64,000 nt of DNA, taken from the IMG/VR virus record IMGVR_UViG_3300003937_000247; one strand, given 5' to 3'. A model generated the notes under the pieces. It worked only from the letters and a program-made list of their open reading frames with translations. It did not search any database and was not told the origin of the DNA. Positions 47,813 to 57,134 of the stretch are shown here, one piece after another; position 1 is the first letter of the stretch, and each line of letters starts with the position of its first letter. The DNA is from a virus. The translations under genes were made by a program, and so were the position numbers.

Positions 47813-48342
47813 TGCCAGAATATTTTACTCATTTTCCTAAGATATATTATGACGCCGCTGGTAAAGGTAACTTTAAACTTGTTACAAACCTATTAAGACG
47901 AGTGCAAATGACAGCTGGATTAAAAGAGATTGCAGCTGTATTTGACGAGTATGATATAGGTGGCGAAGATACACCTGAATCAGTATCAGAATCGCAGTAT
48001 GGAGACCAAAGTTACTACTGGATTATATTGTTGTTTAATAATATCAAGGACAGATTTTATGACTGGCCTTTAACTACAGCTCAACTTGAAACATATATAA
48101 ACGACAAGTATGCTGATCCTAATGGCGCTCATCATTATGAAATAGTACAAACTAGTGGTGCAACAACTTCATATGACGACTCACACACAATAAAAGTTAA
48201 TAGTACAGAAGCAGGTGCTACCCTTATTACAAATTCCGAATACGAACAACGATTACAACATAAAAAGGGACGGATTAGACTAGTCAGGCCTGAATTTTTA
48301 GATTTAATAACAGACGAGTTTACAACATTGATAGGAGCATAA
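47812..48342 (+). CDS. g53: baseplate wedge gp53
   Basis: YFTHFPKI.Y, DTPE...YG....YWIILLFN, DWP, HHYE. Confidence 0.92.
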   Translation: MPEYFTHFPKIYYDAAGKGNFKLVTNLLRRVQMTAGLKEIAAVFDEYDIGGEDTPESVSESQYGDQSYYWIILLFNNIKDRFYDWPLTTAQLETYINDKYADPNGAHHYEIVQTSGATTSYDDSHTIKVNSTEAGATLITNSEYEQRLQHKKGRIRLVRPEFLDLITDEFTTLIGA

Positions 48343-48343
48343 T

Positions 48344-50347
48344 ATGGCCTTTGCCAATACTACTGGTCACAAATATAATGATTTCTCCTACAGATATCCT
48401 GGTGACTTTCGGACATCTGAAATAATCCTATACAGTTATGGTGGTTCTCAAATTGAAATAGCAGGACTTACTGGTACTGTAAATATATACCAATCTTTAG
48501 ATTCAGGATTTCTATCAGGTAACATTCTGTTCTTTGATAGTGTAGGCGCTGTAAATAAATTACCTATTATTGGTAATGAGTTTTTAGAGTTTAAGTTTAG
48601 AACACCTATAGACGCAGGTGGTGATGAAGAACTGGATGCTACAAACCATAGATTTCAGGTCTATGAAAAGAAGTCAGTAAAAACAACCCAAAATGTACAG
48701 GCTGTTGGCTTGTATTTTACATCAATAGAATCAATCAGAAATGAGCGAACAAGAGTATCCAAATCCCTTGCAGGTTCATATGCTGAAATGGTTAATAATA
48801 TTGTCAAAGAGGACAAACAATTATTGGCTAGTAAGAAGGACTTGTTTATTGATCCAACACTAGGCAATTACAAATACACATTCCCCAATTGTAGACCAAT
48901 AGAAGCTGTACGTCATATGGCCTATATGGCAGAACCAGTTAATTTCAAAACACCACATTATATGTTTTATGAAAACAATAGAGGTTTTCACTTCAGGTGT
49001 TTGGAGAGTTTATATAGAGAGAGTGCTAACAACCAAGACAATAGAAAGTTTGTTGCTTATTTTGATTTACTATCAGCATTTAATCCTAGTTTCGGACCAA
49101 GTGATATTCAAACTGAATCACCAATTGTTAAACCATATTCATTTAAATTTAACGACTCATACAATACACTAACAAATACAAGACGTGGTATGTTTGGTAG
49201 TGTGATGTATAAGCATAATATGATTGACAAGAAATTTGAAAAAACTAAAATGTCATATACAAGCTATTATGAACAGGCATTACACATAGACGCACCAGAT
49301 GGTTCGCCTTCACAAATGAACAAGTACCAAGGTGTTATGCCACCTGGTCCTGCTGATTTTGATGAAGACATTACAGTTGATGATAAATCAGCTGGTTCAG
49401 ATAGTCACCACCACGTTGAAGCATTAAAGAAATCAATATTGTCAAAAGCAAATGGTGCTGATCAACGTAAATACATGGACGATTATTTTGCTCGTGTATT
49501 TGTGGTACCTGAAACAAAGAAGAACCATAATATGAATATAGATGGCGACCACCTTGATCCTAGATTGGAACAGAAACAAAACCTATCAGAAGCATTACGA
49601 GATTATTTCTCAATGACTATAGATGTACCAGGCAATTTCACATACAACGTGGGTGATTTAGTATGGTGTGAAGTGCCATCATTTAATGCTGCTGAGGCGA
49701 CCAATGATGGTACGATTAAAAGATATGATGTAATAGACCAATTGTTAACAGGTCGTTACCTAATCAAATCTCTACACCATCAAATGGACTTCATAGAACG
49801 AAAGCACACTACTTCGGTAACTGTAGTTAGGAACATATTTGCGACAGATTTACCAAATGCAGATACCTTTAAGGCACAAGCACATTTCAGAACGAAATCA
49901 GTAGATGTAATAGGGTCAGGTATTGATATCTCAACCCTAGTACCTTTAAAGATTAAGAATTTGAAGATACCATCCCCTCAAATTAAGACGGTAGAAGACA
50001 TAGCCAAACAATTAGGGGTAGATATCAACAGTACAGACTTAAACATCAAGGATGCCGCTAATAAGGCGGTTAACAACGTGCTAAACAGTACTTCTAATAG
50101 AGTAATACAATTAAAACATCTTGCGAAAATCAACAGTACTATATTAACACGTAAAACTGTAATTGAGAAAATCGCAGAAAAGGCGAAACTAGCATTAGGG
50201 GGTATCAATTTATCAAACGTAAACAACATACCACCATCAATGCGTGGGACAATGAAGGGCAATATCAGTAGCTTTGTTCAATCAGCAACGGTGGCATTTA
50301 AGCAGAACTTCTCTAAAGCCAAGAGTTTCTTTAAAGGATTCTTCTAA
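48344..50347 (+). CDS. baseplate hub protein (gp27-like) with C-terminal extension
   Basis: LPIIGNE, FYEN.RGFHF...SL, VPGN....VGD, GRYLI..L.H; position between g53 and g5. Confidence 0.7.
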   Translation: MAFANTTGHKYNDFSYRYPGDFRTSEIILYSYGGSQIEIAGLTGTVNIYQSLDSGFLSGNILFFDSVGAVNKLPIIGNEFLEFKFRTPIDAGGDEELDATNHRFQVYEKKSVKTTQNVQAVGLYFTSIESIRNERTRVSKSLAGSYAEMVNNIVKEDKQLLASKKDLFIDPTLGNYKYTFPNCRPIEAVRHMAYMAEPVNFKTPHYMFYENNRGFHFRCLESLYRESANNQDNRKFVAYFDLLSAFNPSFGPSDIQTESPIVKPYSFKFNDSYNTLTNTRRGMFGSVMYKHNMIDKKFEKTKMSYTSYYEQALHIDAPDGSPSQMNKYQGVMPPGPADFDEDITVDDKSAGSDSHHHVEALKKSILSKANGADQRKYMDDYFARVFVVPETKKNHNMNIDGDHLDPRLEQKQNLSEALRDYFSMTIDVPGNFTYNVGDLVWCEVPSFNAAEATNDGTIKRYDVIDQLLTGRYLIKSLHHQMDFIERKHTTSVTVVRNIFATDLPNADTFKAQAHFRTKSVDVIGSGIDISTLVPLKIKNLKIPSPQIKTVEDIAKQLGVDINSTDLNIKDAANKAVNNVLNSTSNRVIQLKHLAKINSTILTRKTVIEKIAEKAKLALGGINLSNVNNIPPSMRGTMKGNISSFVQSATVAFKQNFSKAKSFFKGFF

Positions 50348-50665
50348 ATGAACAAAACATTGAGCCAGCTCAAAGTTTACTGCGAGTTTGAAAAAATTTT
50401 CCATAAGGGTATGGCCACAAGAGAGGCCACATTAGAGATATGTACAAACAATGTAAGAGAGAACTATTTTGAACTATACAAAAGGATCAAAGACAATTTG
50501 AAACAAATGAAAGATATAATCACAAATAAATCAATGAAACAAAGAGGATATCAAAGATGGCCTCAGCGTAGTGCTACGCACGGCGGCGCCTACGCAGCTT
50601 CATTAAATACGGATAAATATAATAGCGTGAGTGGTTTAAATACGGCTCTTTATGGGAATTTTTAA
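50348..50665 (+). CDS. hypothetical protein
   Basis: ORF filling the gap between hub genes; the 3' part overlaps GC-rich hairpins. Confidence 0.4.
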   Translation: MNKTLSQLKVYCEFEKIFHKGMATREATLEICTNNVRENYFELYKRIKDNLKQMKDIITNKSMKQRGYQRWPQRSATHGGAYAASLNTDKYNSVSGLNTALYGNF

Positions 50666-51772
50666 ATGATTACAACAGATTTTATGGGACGAGATGGCTT
50701 CACTTGGTTCACAGGTGTGGTAGAAGATAGAGCAGACCCGCTTAAACTTGGCCGAGTTAGAGTACGCCAGTTAGGTTATCACACGGAAGACAAGGAGGCC
50801 TTGCCGACCGCTGACCTACCATGGGCGCATCCCCTATTACCGATTACATCCTCTGGCATCAGCGGCATTGGCCATACGCCACTTGGCTTGCTTGAAGGCA
50901 GCTGGGTGATTGGTTTCTTTAGGGACGCAGATACGAAACAAGACGCAGTAATCATCGGAGCATTGCCAGGCAAGCCCCTTACAGATGGCGCAACGAACCT
51001 GGCCGTGGGCCAGGGCTTCTCGGACCCCAATGGGATTTATCCGAGATACGCTGAGGAGTCAGACGTAAATAGATTAGCGCGGAATGACGCAGACACAGAG
51101 GAGGCCTCATACCAACACATCACATTGGAGGCCAGAAAGACTTTCAGAGCGGCCTCATATACAAACATACCAACAGGTAATATTATCCCAATACAAGCTC
51201 CGCCAGTGAATACGCCCCTATCAGAAGGAGACGTATGGTCCTTACCTGCTAATACGTATGCGGCCGAGTACCCATACAACCACGTATTCGAATCAGAAAG
51301 CGGCCACCTATTAGAATTTGACGATACGCCCAATAAGGAGAGAATCCTTTTATATCACCATAGTGGGACAGAAACAGAAATCACGGCCGCAGGTACCAAG
51401 GCCGAAGTCAACAAAGATTCAACATACAATATAACTGAAAAGGACAATAAGGTCTACATTAAGGGCACCTCCGACATTACAATAGGTGGCCGCCATAAGG
51501 TCATTATCAATGCTGATGGTGCGGCCGATAACAATTACGATATACAGATAGGGCCTAATGCTAATGTAAACATACAGGTAGATAAAGGGAATGTGAACAT
51601 AGCCGCTTTGGATGGTAATATGAATTTGTTTGCTAATAACAATTTCAACCTATCGGTAGGGGGTGTACTGGACATACAAGCAGGCCAGATTAAAGAACAT
51701 TCACACAGCACCTCTACACGTACAGCTGCTGGGGAGTACCACACGTATGGCTCACCAATTGACCATAACTAG
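50666..51772 (+). CDS. g5: baseplate hub/spike gp5 (no lysozyme domain)
   Basis: WFTGVVEDR.DPLKLGRVRVR, LPWA, GSWVIGFF.D, YPYNHV.ESESGH..EFDDTP..ERI. Confidence 0.93.
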   Translation: MITTDFMGRDGFTWFTGVVEDRADPLKLGRVRVRQLGYHTEDKEALPTADLPWAHPLLPITSSGISGIGHTPLGLLEGSWVIGFFRDADTKQDAVIIGALPGKPLTDGATNLAVGQGFSDPNGIYPRYAEESDVNRLARNDADTEEASYQHITLEARKTFRAASYTNIPTGNIIPIQAPPVNTPLSEGDVWSLPANTYAAEYPYNHVFESESGHLLEFDDTPNKERILLYHHSGTETEITAAGTKAEVNKDSTYNITEKDNKVYIKGTSDITIGGRHKVIINADGAADNNYDIQIGPNANVNIQVDKGNVNIAALDGNMNLFANNNFNLSVGGVLDIQAGQIKEHSHSTSTRTAAGEYHTYGSPIDHN

Positions 51773-51838
51773 GACGTGTCACAGGAGCACTATTAGGACT
51801 GGCTGGCTTTGTTAATCTATAAAAGTAGTAAGTAACAT

Positions 51839-52027
51839 ATGAATATAACGAAGCAGGCTTTTATGGTCCTACATATAGGATTTTTTTTCGTATTAATTTT
51901 ATTACTATTAAGTTGTGCTAATGTAAAGTTTAATTGTGATATAACTAATATAGAAAGTCCCAACATAGAGGGCGCGGTTGAGGAATGCAGGGATAACCCA
52001 ACTGCAATGATTACAAAGGAATTCTGA
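51839..52027 (+). CDS. small putative lipoprotein
   Basis: LLLSC lipobox. Confidence 0.45.
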   Translation: MNITKQAFMVLHIGFFFVLILLLLSCANVKFNCDITNIESPNIEGAVEECRDNPTAMITKEF

Positions 52028-52106
52028 GGATGGCTAATATTATACATAGTGATGTTAGTCCCTCCAGAGAAGTGCTAGAGCTAGCATTATTACATATAAG
52101 GAAGGT

Positions 52107-52448
52107 ATGATTACACTTACGCAAAACGCAATCACGCAATTAACTAACATAGCAAGTAAAGCAAATACTCGTTATGTGAGATTAGATATTAAGGGTGGTG
52201 GTTGTGCAGGCTACGAATACAAATGGTCTACTACAGATATAAGGGAAGATACAGATTGTTTATTGGAAGATGTACTTATTGTTTCAATGGAATTAGAAAT
52301 GTATTTACTAGGGACTTCGTTAGATTGGACAACGGATACGTTTAAGTCGGAGTTTACGATAACTAATCCTCAAAGCAAATCAGGATGTGGCTGTGGTGAA
52401 TCGTTTAGTTTAAGGGAAGATATAGGAGATGGAGGTAATTACTCCTAA
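52107..52448 (+). CDS. A-type Fe-S carrier (IscA/SufA/HesB family)
   Basis: GGGCAGYEY, NPQSKSGCGCGESF. Confidence 0.93.
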   Translation: MITLTQNAITQLTNIASKANTRYVRLDIKGGGCAGYEYKWSTTDIREDTDCLLEDVLIVSMELEMYLLGTSLDWTTDTFKSEFTITNPQSKSGCGCGESFSLREDIGDGGNYS

Positions 52449-52598
52449 AAAATTTTCGCATATCTTCGAGTCTATTTAAAGTGTAACTGTGCGGCCTTTT
52501 TCAATAAATAGTAATATGTTAAAACTGTTTATTATCTTTTGGTTATTAATGATATTGATTGCTGTGGGTATGGGATATTACCATGGACATATAATAAT

Positions 52599-53465
52599 AT
52601 GATTCATAAGACAACCACACCTGTATTGATATCTATGCCACGTAGTGGTTCTCATTACGTAGGTTCCTTTTTAAGAGAAACATACAAAGGACGTGGGGTA
52701 ACATTCCCTGGTGGTAGTGAATTATTTTCACCTGACTTTGTTACTAGAACCACCGATGTGATAGAGTTGTTTGAATTTATACGTAATAAAAGCAAGATGG
52801 ATATCTTCACCGTATTTCATTCTGACCATTTATCTAATAACATAAACATACCAGCAAGGCCAAAGTATGAAACCTTGTTTGATTGGTTTAAAGAATTTTA
52901 TGATGGTTATCAAATATGCTTATTACGTAGAAAGAATTTATGGAAGACCTATATCAGTTGGTTGTTTCATCATTCTATAAAGACTGCTTTTCTAAAAGGT
53001 ACCGAGAGTTTTTCAGCAAGGGATTATGAAACCTTGGATGATGTCCACCCTTGGCATAACATACGAGGTAGTCAAAACAATGAAATCGTAAAATCAACAA
53101 TACAACAAATATCACCAAAGTTTGTGCATAGAGAAAAGCTGTGGCAAAATTTTTTACGTGAGTTGCGTTATTTTGAGGAAGAAATTATTACCTATTATGT
53201 CAAAGGTAAATACAATCATTTAAATGTACGTAGTTGGTGGTTAGAGGATTTAGATGATGAGAAGCTTTCAGAATGGTATGTACCAGAAGAAAGACGTTTT
53301 ACAAAGGCAGGTGGTATAAACACTTTTGTTATGGAAGAACCAATAATTCCTTTTGATATTAAGTATGAAACCTACTTTAAGAAAAGTGAGTTAGAAAAAA
53401 TTAAAGAAAAATTAGATAAAGTAGTAGATACTGAATTTAAGCATTATGGGTACGTGGTAAATTAA
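52599..53465 (+). CDS. sulfotransferase-like P-loop protein
   Basis: SMPRSGS (5'-PSB-like) and LRRKN....ISW (3'-PB-like). Confidence 0.55.
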   Translation: MIHKTTTPVLISMPRSGSHYVGSFLRETYKGRGVTFPGGSELFSPDFVTRTTDVIELFEFIRNKSKMDIFTVFHSDHLSNNINIPARPKYETLFDWFKEFYDGYQICLLRRKNLWKTYISWLFHHSIKTAFLKGTESFSARDYETLDDVHPWHNIRGSQNNEIVKSTIQQISPKFVHREKLWQNFLRELRYFEEEIITYYVKGKYNHLNVRSWWLEDLDDEKLSEWYVPEERRFTKAGGINTFVMEEPIIPFDIKYETYFKKSELEKIKEKLDKVVDTEFKHYGYVVN

Positions 53466-54294
53466 ACGCCCACGCTTTTTCATAACACCAGAAACATTGC
53501 CAACACCAAGCATTAAAATCTCTTGTTTGTCTAGCAGAACCTACACAAGACCGAGTTATAGGAAATAAGTCTTTCATTAGACCTTCTTCTCTAAAGACAC
53601 CAGCAACAAATTTCTTATTAACATTTAACCAAGGTTGATATACATTATATCTTAATTCTGGTTTGTCATTTACATCACGTCTTGCTTCTCCTTGTACTCT
53701 ATCAATATCTGTTGCTGTATAATTGTTTGATGGAAATCTAGCTTTCACAGCGTCACCAAATGCCATACGAACAGCCTTCGGTGGGTTCTTACTCATACCG
53801 TCAAGTCTAATAGGTCGGTCAATTGTTTTCATAAAGTTTGGTATTAATTTATCCAGTTGCATTACCTTTGCTACCTGTACTACAGACATTGTGCTGTATG
53901 CGTCATCTGAAGCTATAAGTTCTTTTGCTTTAGGCCAGTAACCACCAACCTCTCTATCATTAAAATCACCTATGGTAATATCATTTAACTTACCATCTGG
54001 AAATCTCATTTGGAGATATTCTACTATTGCTGTAGCTGCTACAGCGTCTTTCGGTGCGTTTACATCATTACAACAATACGGATATATTTCTATTTGTGGA
54101 AAGTGTTTTAATGTTAGATAAGTTGCAGCCGCTGAATCACAACCACCTGATAATGATACAACAACCCTTTTAGGTATAAACTTTTCATCAAAGTCTATAT
54201 CTTTTAAACAATTTTCTTTGTAAGGTGATTTTTCTACCAATGATTTTATTTTTGTATAAAACTCTACTGTTTGATTACCATATGTTATGTGCAT
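53437..54294 (-). CDS. QueC-like PP-loop ATPase
   Basis: SLSGGCDS; TRSC...CWQCFWC zinc site. Confidence 0.7.
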   Translation of the reverse strand: MHITYGNQTVEFYTKIKSLVEKSPYKENCLKDIDFDEKFIPKRVVVSLSGGCDSAAATYLTLKHFPQIEIYPYCCNDVNAPKDAVAATAIVEYLQMRFPDGKLNDITIGDFNDREVGGYWPKAKELIASDDAYSTMSVVQVAKVMQLDKLIPNFMKTIDRPIRLDGMSKNPPKAVRMAFGDAVKARFPSNNYTATDIDRVQGEARRDVNDKPELRYNVYQPWLNVNKKFVAGVFREEGLMKDLFPITRSCVGSARQTRDFNAWCWQCFWCYEKAWAFNLPRTHNA

Positions 54295-54295
54295 A

Positions 54296-55066
54296 TTATT
54301 TAAATACTCCTTGTCTTACTTTTCTCCAACGCTCTAGTTCTGGCGTTACATTAAAGTATTCCTCATTTTTTATTTTTTTAACTATATTTTTTTCACTAGG
54401 TTTAGGAAAGTTCTCATATTGCTTTTGTACATTTTTTCTTAATGTTCTGGACTTTGGATCAAAACCTCTATTTGTTTTAACCAGTAATAAGGTCATACCT
54501 TCCTTTTGTGCAATTTCTTTTGCTTGTTCTATTTCGTGTTCGTTGTAACCGAATATAATATATTGCCATACAATAGCGTGTCCCATTTGTACACCTAGTT
54601 GCATTGATTCCCATACTTGTTTAAAGTTTGAACCAATACGATAGATTTCGCTTTTAACATCTAAGCCATCTACACCAAAGTACCAAGAGTTTTCTCCTAA
54701 TCCATAACTGTATGCTTTTTCCCACCACTTCATATCCATACTACCGTCTTTTGTATTTGTACCATTGGTTGCAATTCTCAACCCTTTACCTAAACCGTCC
54801 ATCATTTCTAAAAATGCTAGAAAATCAGGATGATATATTGGGTCTGATATTTGGCCACAAAAGGTTATTTGATTTTCGTAATAGTTCAATATTTTTCTAA
54901 ACTCGTTTTTACCTATATCAAATGATCTTTTTATTCTTGGAAGGCCTTCTACTTTTTGACGGAGACATTGTGGACAACGCAATATACATCTATGCGATAA
55001 ATCCATATTCGGTGATGAAAGTTTTTGATTTCTTATATAGAAGTCTGTTAGTTTTTCTTGTATCAT
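54296..55066 (-). CDS. radical SAM enzyme (no fused SPASM)
   Basis: CILRCPQC, FCGQISDP, TNG, FGVDG, YRIG, WQYIIFGYNEH. Confidence 0.85.
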   Translation of the reverse strand: MIQEKLTDFYIRNQKLSSPNMDLSHRCILRCPQCLRQKVEGLPRIKRSFDIGKNEFRKILNYYENQITFCGQISDPIYHPDFLAFLEMMDGLGKGLRIATNGTNTKDGSMDMKWWEKAYSYGLGENSWYFGVDGLDVKSEIYRIGSNFKQVWESMQLGVQMGHAIVWQYIIFGYNEHEIEQAKEIAQKEGMTLLLVKTNRGFDPKSRTLRKNVQKQYENFPKPSEKNIVKKIKNEEYFNVTPELERWRKVRQGVFK

Positions 55067-55386
55067 TTTTTATAAGTATCTTTTTCTCTATTGCCACATT
55101 TATATTGGCATTGTTTCAAAGCACAACTAGGATTATTTATTAGAGCGTCAAAGAAGTTTTCCCATTCTTTAGAACCATATATGTCTTCTAACTTCTCTAC
55201 ATTTTTTAAAGCAAGGTGTTCATCTTTCAAATGGAATACTTCTTCTACACCGTGGTCGTTTTTAGGGTCATCTAACCAACAACAAGGTAACATAAAACCG
55301 TCTGCTGTATATGCAGCTGGTTTATGATAACTTTTAGGTTGATAAGTCAAACATCTAGGTTTGATTTTTATATCTTTTGCTTCCAT
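55063..55386 (-). CDS. stand-alone SPASM/twitch-like Fe-S domain, copy 2
   Basis: PRC...ADGFMLPCCW...C..QCQYKCG. Confidence 0.7.
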   Translation of the reverse strand: MEAKDIKIKPRCLTYQPKSYHKPAAYTADGFMLPCCWLDDPKNDHGVEEVFHLKDEHLALKNVEKLEDIYGSKEWENFFDALINNPSCALKQCQYKCGNREKDTYKK

Positions 55387-55691
55387 TTCACATTACCACA
55401 TTTATATTGACAATAATTCATAGCCTTACTAGGTCTATTTATTATAGTATCAAAAAATGCTTCCCATTCTTTAGAACCATATATTTCTTCTAACTTGTTA
55501 ACGTTCTTTACTGCAAGATGATTATCTTTTAAGTGCCATACTTTTTCTACATCATCATCCACTTCAGGCTGATCTAACCAGCAACAAGGCAACATAAAAC
55601 CATCTGCTGTATATGCAGCTGGTGTATGATATTCATTCTCCATTGGAAAAGTCAAACATCTAGGTTTTATCTTTATGTCTTTTTCGTCCAT
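55368..55691 (-). CDS. stand-alone SPASM/twitch-like Fe-S domain, copy 1
   Basis: PRC...ADGFMLPCCW...YCQYKCG; tandem paralog. Confidence 0.7.
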   Translation of the reverse strand: MDEKDIKIKPRCLTFPMENEYHTPAAYTADGFMLPCCWLDQPEVDDDVEKVWHLKDNHLAVKNVNKLEEIYGSKEWEAFFDTIINRPSKAMNYCQYKCGNVKWKQKI

Positions 55692-55697
55692 AGTATA

Positions 55698-55726
55698 ATT
55701 ATATCACTTAATCTTACTATTGTCAA
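55698..55726 (-). promoter_or_regulatory. consensus sigma70 promoter giving a leaderless mRNA
   Basis: TTGACA-N17-TATAAT on the minus strand, ATG 7 nt downstream. Confidence 0.8.
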
Positions 55727-56583
55727 GCCTTGCCATTTCCTGAACCATTGGCCATTTTCTTTTTGAATACTTCCCAATCTTGTTCATATCTTTCGTCATT
55801 TACCCATACATCAATTTTTTCAAAGTTATACCAATACTTCTTTATTATATCTTCATCTATCATTGATGGAAAAACCCAGTTTTCATCTGGTAGTCCTTTT
55901 TTAGCTTCCTTGACTTTTATATCTCTATTATATACATACGGATGTACTTTACGTTCCAAATTTTCATTTGGGTAACCAACACCCACAAGTAATCTAGGCT
56001 CTGTTAAACAACTCAATAGATTTTCTATAGAGTCTGGATTATTAGCACCTTTCTCAAAGGCACTACAGAAACCTGTTTTGTAACCAAGTAAGGCTGCTGA
56101 CATAGTTAATTGGCCAGACGATATCCCTATTGACATTGCTTTTTGTTCAAACAAAGTTTCTTTTGCTATTGGCGAAGCTTTGTCTGATCTAGCAGCTATT
56201 ATATGTGTACCACCTCTTAAATTTTTCTGGTCATCACAAAACACAAAAACAGCGCTAGCACGTATTTGTGAATTTTCAACAGCATATCTTTTATCTGACT
56301 TGTGAAGGTTGTCCTTCGCCTTATCAGTAAAAATTTTATCTGTTTCTTTGTTTGTTTGAAAAGTAAAATTTTTTGATCTATCATAAATTTCTTTTATGAC
56401 AACAGGATCAGTATATACTCTTAAATTAAAATGTGTTTCATTTTGTTTTGATGGAGAATTTGAAGCAACATAAATTAGAGTTTCTAAATCCTTTTGTGGT
56501 ATGGATTTAGTCAAGTCATAGTTTCGCTGTGCTCTTTTCGCCACATCAATTGCATTAATTATTTCATTATTTGTATTATTCAT
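55723..56583 (-). CDS. nitroreductase-family protein
   Basis: RAQRNYD, SPSKQN, IGISSGQL..SAALLGYKTGFC, VGVGYP. Confidence 0.75.
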   Translation of the reverse strand: MNNTNNEIINAIDVAKRAQRNYDLTKSIPQKDLETLIYVASNSPSKQNETHFNLRVYTDPVVIKEIYDRSKNFTFQTNKETDKIFTDKAKDNLHKSDKRYAVENSQIRASAVFVFCDDQKNLRGGTHIIAARSDKASPIAKETLFEQKAMSIGISSGQLTMSAALLGYKTGFCSAFEKGANNPDSIENLLSCLTEPRLLVGVGYPNENLERKVHPYVYNRDIKVKEAKKGLPDENWVFPSMIDEDIIKKYWYNFEKIDVWVNDERYEQDWEVFKKKMANGSGNGKA

Positions 56584-56599
56584 TTTGTCTCCTTTTAAT

Positions 56600-56614
56600 T
56601 ATTTATTATAAATA
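56600..56614. promoter_or_regulatory. back-to-back late promoters
   Basis: TATAAATA (+, 56607-56614) and AATAAATA (-, 56600-56607). Confidence 0.6.
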
Positions 56615-56680
56615 TAAGTGAGTATATAATCTTATATTTAAATCCCGAACATTGCTAGAAATCAAACGAAGGACTTATAT

Positions 56681-56938
56681 ATGGCAGTAAAGCCTAAAAA
56701 GATTACTATGTCTTCCTTAAAGAGGAAAGCTCCAAAAGTGCCTGGCTTGACGTGTATTAATATTGATAACGTTATAGGGCAATTGGAGAAGTTAGTTGAA
56801 CATAAGAAGAAATTAGATAAAAGACAATTAAAGTCTTTAGTGAAAAGATTAGAAAGATTACGAAGCACCAATGAATCATTAAGAGATAGTGGTATCTATT
56901 GGTATGAAAAACTTAAACACTTATTAAAAACGAGGTAG
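56681..56938 (+). CDS. basic hypothetical protein
   Basis: APKVP..TC..ID...LR..NE.LRDSG.YWY. Confidence 0.6.
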   Translation: MAVKPKKITMSSLKRKAPKVPGLTCINIDNVIGQLEKLVEHKKKLDKRQLKSLVKRLERLRSTNESLRDSGIYWYEKLKHLLKTR

Positions 56939-57134
56939 ATTTATGAATTACTACTTTACAGGTATTTTGATATTAATGTTTATAGCACTAACATTGCTAG
57001 TGAGCCCTAATTGGCCGATATCTTAATTGATTAACGTTTAGTTAAAAAGAAAAAAGAACAGAATATAGCACCTAATACAATTACTCTCAACTCTATTGGT
57101 GAATTCCAGAATATGTCAAATATTTCTATCATTA

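Noticed and set aside
53437-55066. QueC plus radical SAM read as a 7-deazaguanine DNA-modification pathway
   Set aside because: No folE, queD or dpdA in the window, and the radical SAM looks SPASM-associated rather than QueE-like. The pathway cannot be supported from this window.
56647-56661. GAAC-N7-GAAA near-match LexA box
   Set aside because: One mismatch, the spacer does not match the consensus of the other three, and it follows a late rather than an early promoter.
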